A stretch of DNA of 64,000 nt from an uncultured Prochlorococcus sp. (GCA_902525075.1 CABZFV010000003.1:23055-87054), one strand, 5' to 3'; positions 21,848 to 31,632 are shown, counted from the first letter of the stretch. The notes: generated by a model from the letters alone, not told the origin. Numbers and translations are program-made.

Positions 21848-23017
21848 CTAATCACTAAATAAGTTATAAACCCCATAGGCATTAATTATGGGTGATCCTA
21901 CTTCTCCAATTACTGATGTTACCTTTCCCAAAAGATTTTTATTTAGAACTATTAAATCACCATTAATTAAAATTGGATTTTTATAGGAACCTTTTATTGC
22001 CGAGTCATCAAATCTAAAAATTCTTTTTTCTGAATTTCCATTTATTTTAAGTCTAACAAATTGTACATTCCCGTTTAAGTTTAATTTACCTCCTGCAGCC
22101 ATAATTGCTTCAATAAGACTTGAGTTTTGCCTTAAGATAATACTACCAGGATTTGGAATGTTACCTGTGACAAAAACTTGAATTTCTCTTGGGTTTAAAT
22201 TTGTTTTATTAATATCAATAATTTGATCATAAAGTACATTTTCACTTGGTGGTATGAATACATAATCACCATCAAAAAGTCTTATATTTTGGGATTGGTC
22301 ACCATTTTTTAGAAGTTTTAACAAGTTTATATTGGCTTTTATAGTACCTCCACCGAAAGTATTGGAATTTTTTCTAACAATTTGGATATTAGATAAATCC
22401 GCTTTATTTGTTAATCCATCAACTTTCCTTAATGCATCAAATAGTTTTGGTACAGAATTAGAGGTTATTCTAGATTTTTCTTTCTCAAAATAACTTATAT
22501 TATTTTGTTCCATCTTAAATGAATTTAAGTTGTTTGATTGAGTGGGTATTGATCTATTTCTTACCTCATCATTTTCTTTATATTCTAATTTATATAATCC
22601 TGGTCTATTAACTTCTCCTCCTATATAAATATTCAAAGGTCTGTATCCTGCAATACTCACTGAAATTATTGGATTGATAATTACTTCTTTATATTTTTCT
22701 AAAAGTTGAGATTCGATTTCTTGCGTAGTTTGATCTTTTACTGAAAAAAATCCAATTTCTGGTAAAAATATCTCTCCATTAATATCTACACTATATTCTC
22801 TACTAAATATTTCTATATCTTTAAATTTAATTAATAAAATGTCACCTGTATCAACAATATATTGACTTCCGATTAATTCATTAGGTGGAATTTTTGTTAC
22901 CAATCTATCTTCTTTTAGTTCATCATTAGTTGCAGTCTTGGAAGGAAAAGTTGAAACGAATAAAAATATCGCAAATATTGAATAAAAGCTTTTAAAGTAG
23001 CTTTTTTTCTTGAACAT
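21848..23017 (-). CDS. wza: Polysaccharide export protein, Wza/SLBB family
   Basis: Y.VDTGD, G.IFLPEIG, GEVNRPG and SLBB repeats. Confidence 0.88.
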   Translation of the reverse strand: MFKKKSYFKSFYSIFAIFLFVSTFPSKTATNDELKEDRLVTKIPPNELIGSQYIVDTGDILLIKFKDIEIFSREYSVDINGEIFLPEIGFFSVKDQTTQEIESQLLEKYKEVIINPIISVSIAGYRPLNIYIGGEVNRPGLYKLEYKENDEVRNRSIPTQSNNLNSFKMEQNNISYFEKEKSRITSNSVPKLFDALRKVDGLTNKADLSNIQIVRKNSNTFGGGTIKANINLLKLLKNGDQSQNIRLFDGDYVFIPPSENVLYDQIIDINKTNLNPREIQVFVTGNIPNPGSIILRQNSSLIEAIMAAGGKLNLNGNVQFVRLKINGNSEKRIFRFDDSAIKGSYKNPILINGDLIVLNKNLLGKVTSVIGEVGSPIINAYGVYNLFSD

Positions 23018-23167
23018 TTAAAAGATTTACCTTTAAAGAATTATATCATTAAAGTAATTTTAAAATATCTTAAACCCAACATCCTTTTTTAAATTTTAGC
23101 CTACTTTTAAGTTCATTCAATTTATTTGGGCGCATGACATGAGTATAGGTAATGCGATTCTAGTTAA

Positions 23168-23263
23168 ATGAATAAGATCATAAATGATCTCTCTCAAATA
23201 AGAGAAAAAATCACAAGAGCGAAAAGGTATTGTGAATCCCAAATCTTGGCATCTAAGAATTGA
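23168..23263 (+). CDS. Possible small protein (31 aa) or gene remnant
   Basis: MNKIINDLSQIREKITRAKRYCESQILASKN*, followed by a terminator-like hairpin. Confidence 0.3.
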   Translation: MNKIINDLSQIREKITRAKRYCESQILASKN

Positions 23264-23370
23264 GAGGTCAATCCATTTAGACGATCAATCTTTTAAGAAA
23301 GAATCAGGAAAGCACAAAAAAAATGAGACCGCAAGATATTAAAAAATAAATTCTTTTTTGTAACTGATTA

Positions 23371-23407
23371 AAAAGAGAGGGGTTTAGTTTAAGCCCTCAT
23401 TTTTTTT
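23371..23407. terminator. Possible bidirectional intrinsic terminator
   Basis: A tract, GAGGG(G)TTTA-GTT-TAAGCCCTC hairpin, T tract. Confidence 0.55.
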
Positions 23408-23966
23408 CAAATATATTTTTTATAAGCTACATTCTTGAAGAAATCTCTTTGAGTCATTAATTCTGATTAGGTTTCAATTTTGTACCTTTTTGTCTTTAAA
23501 TAATCAGAACTTCATAATCTATACTTAGGCTTTATTGATTTCATTTTCCTTAATAATAAGAAAGTTCTCCCCCTCTCAAAGTGCATTTTTTAAGCTATTT
23601 ACCCTTTAATGAAAAATAGGGTTGAAAGGATAAAAAGGTTTCTTAAAGTATTTTCCTTTATGTATAAACTATTTTCTGTACCATTAATTGATTGAAAGCA
23701 TTTTCTCCCAATAACTTAGGATAAAGAATAGCAGTATTTCCTCTTTCTTTATTAAGAATGAGTTGTTCGATAATAATCTTTTACTTATTAAGTAGTTGAG
23801 TAATTGCTTTAGAGCAGGTCCAGAAAGAATGCTAAAAATATGAAAGAGTCTAAGTGTATTTTAAGGTGAAAATTTAAATAATTAAACTCAATAAAGTACT
23901 ATAGGAATTAAGGACGTTATAAAAGAAATCTTTAAATTGATTGAAATGAATGACGTTTTGCGATTT

Positions 23967-24039
23967 GGGGCCATAGCTCAGTTGGTAGAGCACCTGCATG
24001 GCATGCAGGGGGTCAGCGGTTCGAGTCCGCTTGGCTCCA
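23967..24039 (+). tRNA. tRNA-Ala(GGC)
   Basis: GGGGCCATAGCTCAGTTGGTAGAGC...CCTGC-ATGGCAT-GCAGG...GGTTCGAGTCC..TGGCTCCA; G3:U70 pair; CCA not encoded. Confidence 0.98.
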
Positions 24040-24123
24040 TCAGGATTTTCACTAGTTATACCAATTAGTTTGGTCAATTTATCATAACAAAACGATAGGT
24101 TTTGATAGGGTTAAATATGGGGT

Positions 24124-24146
24124 CTCTGCGACCACCTCTGCGACCA
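24124..24146 (+). repeat. Direct repeat pair CTCTGCGACCA, 12-bp period
   Basis: Copies at 24124-24134 and 24136-24146, 85 bp after the tRNA. Confidence 0.85.
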
Positions 24147-24237
24147 GTAACCCTTGCAAATAGGTAAAAGGGGTATATAGAAATTAAATAATAATGATAA
24201 AAGTGAATCAGAAATTAATGATCTGTTTATTAGATGA

Positions 24238-25044
24238 TTAATTATCATAATAAAAGATTAAATCACCTCCATAGTTATAAGCCCCATAAACACCACTTTT
24301 AGATTTATGATCTAAAACTAATTTATAACCAGCATTAATAAAAATATTAATCAAGTTTTCCTTTTTTACTGAAGAATTTGGATAATAAATTTTTGGATCA
24401 CCGTATTTTTTTAAATGAGTACCTAATCCATTGCAAGACAAGAGAGAGACTTGAGCGCATATAGATTTTTTTAGGGAAAAATTATTTCTCGTAAGAGATA
24501 CAAGTGGTATTCGAGATTTAGCTACGATTTTTAAAGGGATTAAAGGATCTTCCAAATATTGAATAGTTCCTGATGAAAAAAAGAAATTTATTTTATTTGA
24601 TTCAATTACTTCTTCTAAATTAGATGAATATTTCAATAAAGAAGTTAATGGCCAATTTAATGATTCTTCAACATTAGCATTAGATTCAATTATCCATGAG
24701 TTTGATAAATTCTTTTCACCAAAAATATTCTTAACTAAATAAAAAGACTCTCCACAACCACCTCCAAAATCAATAATGCTTGGAAACTTTCCTTCGTTTT
24801 TATTCATATATAAGGCTAATGAAGTCATAAAGGTATTTATCCATGGGAAGACATTAAAATCAATTTCATTTTTTAAAAAATTATTAGATTTTTCAAATCG
24901 ATATTTTGATAATAATTTAGATTCATAACTACCTTTATTTTTGTTTTCACAATATATCAAAGCATCATTATAACTTTTAAAATATTTAATCCTTTTATCT
25001 CCAAAATATTTAAGAACTTTTTTTATTTTTTGTTTATATCCCAT
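24238..25044 (-). CDS. Class I SAM methyltransferase (putative sugar/LPS type)
   Basis: IIDFGGGCG, SGTIQYL. Confidence 0.8.
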   Translation of the reverse strand: MGYKQKIKKVLKYFGDKRIKYFKSYNDALIYCENKNKGSYESKLLSKYRFEKSNNFLKNEIDFNVFPWINTFMTSLALYMNKNEGKFPSIIDFGGGCGESFYLVKNIFGEKNLSNSWIIESNANVEESLNWPLTSLLKYSSNLEEVIESNKINFFFSSGTIQYLEDPLIPLKIVAKSRIPLVSLTRNNFSLKKSICAQVSLLSCNGLGTHLKKYGDPKIYYPNSSVKKENLINIFINAGYKLVLDHKSKSGVYGAYNYGGDLIFYYDN

Positions 25045-25297
25045 TTCAAAACTTATAATATTTAATTTCTTAAATTTAATAAATCAATTGAAGTATTAAA
25101 GAGAATATAAAACTAATTTTGATATTTTTTAATAAATTAATATTTTACTAAAAAGGAAAAATTATTAGATTTTAGTGAAATAGATGAAAGATTAGCTGCA
25201 GGTTGGTATGTGCATAGTGGTCAAAGAAAGAGATATTTAAAATCAATAATGAAGGATAAAAAAGGGTAATTTTATCTTTTATTGTTAATATTGTTAT

Positions 25298-25343
25298 CCC
25301 TGCGACCAACCCTGCGACCAAATCTGCAATAAAGTTCCGACCA
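25298..25343 (+). repeat. Direct repeat pair CCCTGCGACCA, 12-bp period, plus degenerate copies
   Basis: Copies at 25298-25308 and 25310-25320, then TCTGCAAT and TTCCGACCA. Confidence 0.85.
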
Positions 25344-25460
25344 GCAACATTCATAAATAATAAGTGTATGAAAAAATTATTAGTTCTTACTTGCTTTGGC
25401 CAGGTTGGTATTTAGTTAGGTTTAAAGAAAAAATATTTTCAATTTTGTTTATGGTAGTAA

Positions 25461-26549
25461 TTAATTGATTAATAATTTTTTAAGTCTCAAATTTATTTTT
25501 CTGATTATTTTATAATATAAAAAATTTTTAATTCTTTTATTTATACTTAAATAATATTTTTTACCAATTTCATTTATTAGCTTTAGCTCAGTTTTGATAT
25601 CTGATAAATCAGATTTATTTGTTCTTTTAGTTATTAATTGATGGATATGCTCTTGTTTAAAAGAAGGTCTTGAAATTATTACTTTCCATTTATCATCATA
25701 TGGATATTCTGCAATTCTAATTTTTGAACCAACAGTTCTTTTTTCATATCTATTTACATTTAAAAAATAACCTTCATTTGATATATGATTTTGTATTAAA
25801 TTAAAATAATTTGATATTACATTAAAATCCATTTCCATCATTGATCTTGTATTTATAAATAGTTGTATCTTTACTTCATTAGCAATTGATATATTTGGAG
25901 GCAAGATGAATATATCAAATGAATTTATGATTTCATTAGTAATTTTATTCCCATTTTTAACGTAGTCATCATAAAGGAAGAATTTCTTTTCTGGGAAAGA
26001 TTCTTTTAAGAAATAAGTTGATAAAAGATTAGCTTCAGGTAAATCAATTGATAAAAACTTTATGTTATGTCTTTTAATTATTAATTCGGGAAAAGATCCA
26101 AAGCCTCCACCGATTTCGCAAAATATAAGATCTTTGTTTTTATTATTCCACAATTCTTTATCTGAGAAAACTTTATCCTCTAGATCTTTTAACCAACTAA
26201 TATGGAATAATCGATTATAGTCAACGATTTTATCCCTATACTTCAAGACATATGGGCTATTTCCTATATTTTTTTCGAGTAAATTTTCATAAACAAAATC
26301 ATAACCAACTAGTTCAGCTAGATTAGAAAATAGTTTAAAAGAAAACTCAGGAAAAACATTAGCATCGTCTAGTCCAACTGAGAGATTATTTAAGGGACTT
26401 CTAAAATCTTTTAAATTACTAATTTCATATTTTTTTTTATAGTAATAAGATTTCCAATGCTTACTCTTAAATTTATTCTTAATATTTTTGATATAGATAT
26501 CTTGATAAGATTTTAAAAAGGCAGATTCTAGCTTATCTAAACTGATCAT
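25461..26549 (-). CDS. Putative sugar O-methyltransferase
   Basis: EIGGGFG, IDLPE, FINTRSMMEM, NRYEK. Confidence 0.8.
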   Translation of the reverse strand: MISLDKLESAFLKSYQDIYIKNIKNKFKSKHWKSYYYKKKYEISNLKDFRSPLNNLSVGLDDANVFPEFSFKLFSNLAELVGYDFVYENLLEKNIGNSPYVLKYRDKIVDYNRLFHISWLKDLEDKVFSDKELWNNKNKDLIFCEIGGGFGSFPELIIKRHNIKFLSIDLPEANLLSTYFLKESFPEKKFFLYDDYVKNGNKITNEIINSFDIFILPPNISIANEVKIQLFINTRSMMEMDFNVISNYFNLIQNHISNEGYFLNVNRYEKRTVGSKIRIAEYPYDDKWKVIISRPSFKQEHIHQLITKRTNKSDLSDIKTELKLINEIGKKYYLSINKRIKNFLYYKIIRKINLRLKKLLIN

Positions 26550-26760
26550 TTTTTTTTATTACTAAAGTTAAATGATACATTATGAATTAACTAAGTAATG
26601 AATAATATACAAAAATTAGATAAATAATTTTTTATAATTACATTAATAAATTAAATTTTGGTTGATTTTTTTAAAATTCAGGTAATTCTTTTTAAATTGA
26701 TTGATGCTAATTATATTTTTCTAAAGCAAATCTTCAAGAAGTAATAACCACAAAAATTTA

Positions 26761-27282
26761 TCATGAATACTGAATTTCTGAAAAAACAGGAATATCTAAT
26801 TTTTCAGAACCGCCAAGGAAAGTAAGTTCAATAATTACAGATAAAGCTAATATTTCTTTTCTTTTCATCTTTAACATTTCAATAATGCAATTAGCGGTTC
26901 CTCCTGTTGCTAGAAGGTCATCTACAATAACAAATTTTTGGTAGGGCGAAATTGCTGATTCTTGAATACATAATTTGTCATTTCCATATTCCAAACCATA
27001 ACTTTTTTCGATGACTAATCCAGGTAATTTGTTTTTTTTTCTTGCCAGAATTAGTGGCTTTTTGATGGTTTTTGCTATTGCACTTCCAAAAATAAATCCT
27101 CTCGCATCAATTGCAACTATTGCATCAGTTTCATTGAAAAAAGAATAGCTTGCTATTTTATCTATCAAATTAGAGAATAATTCTGGATCACTGAGGATAG
27201 GACTTATGTCTTTAAATAAAATATCTTTTTTGGGAAAGTCTGGATAATCTTTAATAGTGTTCTTTAATCTTTCGGTTAGCAT
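26761..27282 (-). CDS. apt: Adenine phosphoribosyltransferase (intact copy)
   Basis: PDFPK, FKDI, DARGF, LEYG, VDDLLATGGT. Confidence 0.95.
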   Translation of the reverse strand: MLTERLKNTIKDYPDFPKKDILFKDISPILSDPELFSNLIDKIASYSFFNETDAIVAIDARGFIFGSAIAKTIKKPLILARKKNKLPGLVIEKSYGLEYGNDKLCIQESAISPYQKFVIVDDLLATGGTANCIIEMLKMKRKEILALSVIIELTFLGGSEKLDIPVFSEIQYS

Positions 27283-27429
27283 GGTTTAATTTTTTATTTA
27301 ATTATATTACTAAATTTAAAAATATTATTTTAATATTTGTTCCCAAAATATATTTATGGGGGATTAACTATTGATAAATTTATCAATTCATTCAATCCAG
27401 CAAAAAAAAATTGATTTAAAAAATAATTT

Positions 27430-27747
27430 TCACTTATCAAACATATTCATAATTAATCTAAAAACATCTTTTTCGTAATCTTTCCCTCCCCTTAATCCAC
27501 AAGCAAATGCAAGAATTGTTGCATTCTCACTAGCTTCAAAAGCATGAGCTTCATAAGGCCTATGTGTTATCAACATATGAGGCTTTATTAATTCTTCTTT
27601 TATTGTCTCAATGAAATCTCCATTGGTATCAACTTTCGCAGTTCGCATTTTTAGTGTTCCAGAGACTAGAAAGGTATATTGTGTGGATAGTTTATGATAA
27701 TGATTAACTCTAATTTCTTGCTCTTTTTTAGTTGCTCTCTTTGACAT
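27430..27747 (-). pseudogene. Chimeric/truncated cupin: 14 foreign residues fused to the last 91 aa of a 30972-31373 paralogue
   Basis: 85/91 aa identical from NHYHK onward; unrelated N-terminus with its own AGGAG Shine-Dalgarno. Confidence 0.75.
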
Positions 27748-27905
27748 TAATTTCTCCTAATTCAAAATCTAGACAATACATTTGCATGTCTTTAATAGTG
27801 AAAAAAACAATAGAAGCAAAAATTGGGACAGTTACATGATTAGCTCCAAACTTAGAAATTTCTTTTGATACTTTTTAAATATTAATATTTTATAAAAAAA
27901 GAAAA

Positions 27906-29204
27906 TTAAGATTTCTGATAATCCGCCATTAAACTTCTTGATAAAATCAATCCTATAATTTCTTCTCTTCTATTAAAAAAGAATTTTAATCCTTTGAAAG
28001 TAAATAGCATTTTTAATAAACTAACAAAATCAAGTTTATTATCAAATAGCATAAAGACAATTAGGTATTTTATCAGAGGTCCTTTCCCTAAGTTTCCGAT
28101 TTTAAAATGTGCTCCTACACATAATTGATCAGTTCCATAAATAGAAGAAAACCATTTTTTTAACATTGAGCTGTGCATACTTATATGAGATTCTTGATTT
28201 TTAACAACCAGGATCTTATTTTTTTTAAAAGATAATTTTAGATTTAGTCCCAAATCATAAATATAAATAATTAATGATTCAAAAAAACTTAGTAAGTAAA
28301 GAAATCTTTTATTTACTTTTAACAGATAAATCTTTGACAAATATATAAGTTCTTCTAAATCTATGCTTTCACTTCTAACTAAAATTTCTTCATTATTCTG
28401 AAATATTTGCAATGTATTTTTTTTGATAAAAGTTTTTTCTTCAGGGTTATAGAAAACACTTTCTCCTAATTTAAGTGGTATCGAAGATGTGCTTAAAGAT
28501 GACAATTCATCCATCCCTATCATTGCTAAATTCTGCTCTTTTGATTCTGGTGCACGATAATAATGGTATGAGGCAAAAGGTAAACTATATTGAAAATCAA
28601 AAGGAGCTATATTTTTTTGATAATTTTCAATTAAACTTTTACGAATATTTTTATTATCAAATTTTTTAACCATTAGCTTCCCTGCATGATTAAAATTAGA
28701 CATAATAATTTCTATAGGCCCCATTTGAGCAGATAATAATTTCAATGCAATATTAGATAAAACAACATCATTAAGATTTAAGTAACTATAACCTTTGTGT
28801 TTTATTAAAAGAGCGTTATCTATACCTGTTGCAGGATATCTTATGATAGATGAATTCTCAGAAAACTTAAATTCTTTTCTTTCTTCAAGAATAATCAAAT
28901 TTTTGCTTCCCATTTTTTGGAAAAATTTGCTCATCTGAAAATTATAAGAATCATTAGCAAATATTATTATATTAGGATTAACTTCCAATATTTTTAGCAA
29001 AGTATTCCTATGCAGATGATCCTCATGAAAATGAGATATCCATAAATGAGTACTTTTTTTTACAAATTCATAACATCCTTTAGAATTATATTTAAGACCC
29101 CAACCTCCACTAAAAACACTTCCTTCAAACCATGGATCACAAAGCAACTTATAATCTCCAAATTCAATAAGACAACTTGCATGATTTATAAGAGTAATAT
29201 TCAT
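27906..29204 (-). CDS. MBL-fold metalloenzyme, CMAH/UlaG-like
   Basis: NHAS, CDPWF.G..F.GGW, ISHFHEDH, NLND, PFAS. Confidence 0.8.
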   Translation of the reverse strand: MNITLINHASCLIEFGDYKLLCDPWFEGSVFSGGWGLKYNSKGCYEFVKKSTHLWISHFHEDHLHRNTLLKILEVNPNIIIFANDSYNFQMSKFFQKMGSKNLIILEERKEFKFSENSSIIRYPATGIDNALLIKHKGYSYLNLNDVVLSNIALKLLSAQMGPIEIIMSNFNHAGKLMVKKFDNKNIRKSLIENYQKNIAPFDFQYSLPFASYHYYRAPESKEQNLAMIGMDELSSLSTSSIPLKLGESVFYNPEEKTFIKKNTLQIFQNNEEILVRSESIDLEELIYLSKIYLLKVNKRFLYLLSFFESLIIYIYDLGLNLKLSFKKNKILVVKNQESHISMHSSMLKKWFSSIYGTDQLCVGAHFKIGNLGKGPLIKYLIVFMLFDNKLDFVSLLKMLFTFKGLKFFFNRREEIIGLILSRSLMADYQKS

Positions 29205-29208
29205 TGAT

Positions 29209-29949
29209 TTATTTAATTATCAAAGCAACCTGACAACCCAAATAATTATAAGTAAGGTATTCATAATCTATAGAGTTTTCCATTACGAACTCTTGAAATG
29301 CCTGGAATTCTCCATTTTCCCAACCATTGTAATTAAAATACTCATCAAAAACTATAACTGTTCCAGATACAATAAAATCTCTAAGCATATTAAAAATTGT
29401 TTTAGTGGAAGAATATAAATCACAATCAATATGTAGATATTTAATTTTAATTTCTTTGTTCTCTAAAGTTGATAAAAAAATAGGAATTGATTCTTTAAAT
29501 AATCCTTTGTTTAATGAAACATTTTTATGCACTGGAGGCAATTTCCCAGATATTGAAAACTTACCTTTTGGGTTATTTTGATTCCAAAATTGCGGTAAAC
29601 CTTCGAAAGAATCAAATCCTTCAATTTTCCAACTAGGTTTTTTTGATGCTAGGAAATTCAAAGTAAATCCTGTAAAAACACCAAATTCCAATACCAAACC
29701 ATCACTTATTGATACTTTTTTTAGGGCATATTCATGTACAGACAGTCTATTATTTTGAGCAGGAATTCCAGATAGATTTCTCTTTATATAAATAGCAGTA
29801 TCTTTTGTAGCAATTTTTTGTAATTCAATTCTTAAATTATTTTTAAAAAAATGAGGCAGAAAAAAAGGTAAAGTTAATTTAGCTATCTCTTTAATTTGAC
29901 AATATATTTTATTGAAGAAAAAATATTTTAATTTATGAAAGGTTTTCAT
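29209..29949 (-). CDS. TylF/MycF-like sugar O-methyltransferase
   Basis: LEFGV, FDSFEGLP, HIDCDLYSST, VFDEY. Confidence 0.85.
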   Translation of the reverse strand: MKTFHKLKYFFFNKIYCQIKEIAKLTLPFFLPHFFKNNLRIELQKIATKDTAIYIKRNLSGIPAQNNRLSVHEYALKKVSISDGLVLEFGVFTGFTLNFLASKKPSWKIEGFDSFEGLPQFWNQNNPKGKFSISGKLPPVHKNVSLNKGLFKESIPIFLSTLENKEIKIKYLHIDCDLYSSTKTIFNMLRDFIVSGTVIVFDEYFNYNGWENGEFQAFQEFVMENSIDYEYLTYNYLGCQVALIIK

Positions 29950-30126
29950 AGATTATTTTCTTTGGATTTTAGAGCAAAATATTTAACTTTGGGATAATTA
30001 AATATTTAATAGTTCAACTTTAGTAGACACTATATAATTTTTTCAATAAATTATATAAGACTTATCTATATATTTATAGATTTAATTGCTTATTTATAAC
30101 TAGTCATACCCGAGAATAAGAAATAA

Positions 30127-30648
30127 TTATGAGTATTGAACCTCTGAATAAACAGGTATATTAAGTTGTTTTGATCCACCGAGAGCGGTAAGTTCAATTA
30201 TGACTGATAGAGCTATTATTTCTTTCTTTTTCATCCTTAACATTTCTATGACGCAATTAGCTGTACCTCCAGTTGCTAAAAGGTCATCTACGATTACAAA
30301 TTTATTATATGGTGCTATTGCAGATTCTTGAATACATAACTTATCACTTCCATATTCTAAGCCATAGCTTCTTTCAATAACCGATCCAGGCAATTTATTT
30401 TTTTTTCTTGCTTAAATGAGTGGCTTTTTGATGGTTTTTGCTATGGCACTTCCAAAAATGAATCCTCTTGCATCAATTGCAATTATTGCATCAGTGTCTT
30501 TAAAAAAAGAATAGCTTGATATTTTCTCTATTAAATTCGAGAATAATTCCGGATCACTTAAAATTGGACTTATGTCCTTAAATATAATGTCTTTTTTGGG
30601 GAAGTCTGGATAATCTTTTATAGAGTTTTTCAAGTTTTTGGTTAACAT
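30127..30648 (-). pseudogene. apt: apt second copy with in-frame stop at codon 79
   Basis: Same 522-bp length as the intact copy; reads KPLI*ARKKNKLPG with TAA at 30412-30414 where the intact copy has Leu. Confidence 0.88.
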
Positions 30649-30842
30649 GATTTCAGATTTTTGGTTTAATTATATTCTAAATTGGAAATTCTATTTTAAT
30701 ATCTGTTATAAAACCATATCTGATGAAAAGGTTAAAATTATAAACAAATTAAATTTATCGATTGAATAGATTCTGAAAAATTTTTCATTTTAAGAAATAT
30801 ATACTTTCTTTTTCTTAATGAATCTAGAAAATTTTCTTTGGG

Positions 30843-30947
30843 GAATAAATTGATTGTCCAAGTTTATTTGAAAAGTGTTTCTTATATGGAGAATAAATTG
30901 ATTGTCCAAGTTTATTTGAAAAGTGTTTCTTATATGGAGAATAAATT
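30843..30947. repeat. Perfect 48-bp tandem duplication (2.2 copies)
   Basis: GAATAAATTGATTGTCCAAGTTTATTTGAAAAGTGTTTCTTATATGGA at 30843 and 30891, plus 9 bp. Confidence 0.95.
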
Positions 30948-30971
30948 TAAGAAGATTTCAAAAAATAGATA

Positions 30972-31373
30972 TCATTTGTCAAACATATTCATAATTAATC
31001 TATAAACATCTTTTTCATAATCTTTACCTCCCCTTAATCCACAAGCAAATGCAAGAATAGTTGCATTTTCACTTGCTTCAAAAGCATGGGCTTCATAAGG
31101 TTTGTGTGTTATCAACATGTGAGGTTTTATTAAATCTTCTTTAATTGTTTCTATGAAATCTCCATTTTTATCAACTTTCGCTGTACGCATTTTTAGTTTT
31201 CCAGAAATTAGGAAAGTATATTGAGTAGATAATTTATGATAATGATTGGCTCTTTTCGCGCCTTTATTAAAGGTAATAAGAGCTCCATGTTCTTTTGGCT
31301 CAGACTCAAAAATATCTAATATTATGCCTCGGTCATCTTCGTAGGCAATATCTAGCTTAATAATTTCAGACAT
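30972..31373 (-). CDS. Cupin domain protein (RmlC/FdtA-like NDP-sugar isomerase candidate)
   Basis: DDRG, RANHYH and EAHAF motifs. Confidence 0.75.
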   Translation of the reverse strand: MSEIIKLDIAYEDDRGIILDIFESEPKEHGALITFNKGAKRANHYHKLSTQYTFLISGKLKMRTAKVDKNGDFIETIKEDLIKPHMLITHKPYEAHAFEASENATILAFACGLRGGKDYEKDVYRLIMNMFDK

Positions 31374-31632
31374 ATTTATTAAAATAGAAACATGGATTTA
31401 TTATGATTGAAAGAGTTGGCTTACGAGATAAGTACATTTCTACCTGTAACAATTTAATAAAATGATTATTGACTTTAGTTACATTATTTTATTAATAAGA
31501 ATTTAATAAAATCAATTTTAAATAGGATTTTAAGGAATTTGAAAAGTTTTTCTCACTTTAGGATTATTTTAAATTTTTCTGGGAAATAAATATTAGTGAT
31601 ATTATGAAATAACTTACTTAAAAGAAAAACTT

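Noticed and set aside
23874-24077. 67-aa minus-strand ORF
   Set aside because: Antisense shadow of tRNA-Ala
25172-25354. 60-aa ORF containing LVAGLVAG
   Set aside because: The peptide repeat is just the reverse complement of the CTGCGACCA repeats; no other coding evidence
27838-27848. GATTAGCTCCA as a duplicated tRNA-Ala 3' end (att site)
   Set aside because: Only a short, imperfect match to GCTTGGCTCCA; no convincing tRNA fragment was seen elsewhere in the window
30843-30947. Possible CRISPR array
   Set aside because: Head-to-tail identical units, no spacers, no cas genes
31429-31483. LexA- or NtcA-like site and TGTAAC/GTTACA inverted repeat in a divergent promoter
   Set aside because: Right half-site mismatched for LexA, spacing wrong for NtcA, and the repeat is only 6 bp
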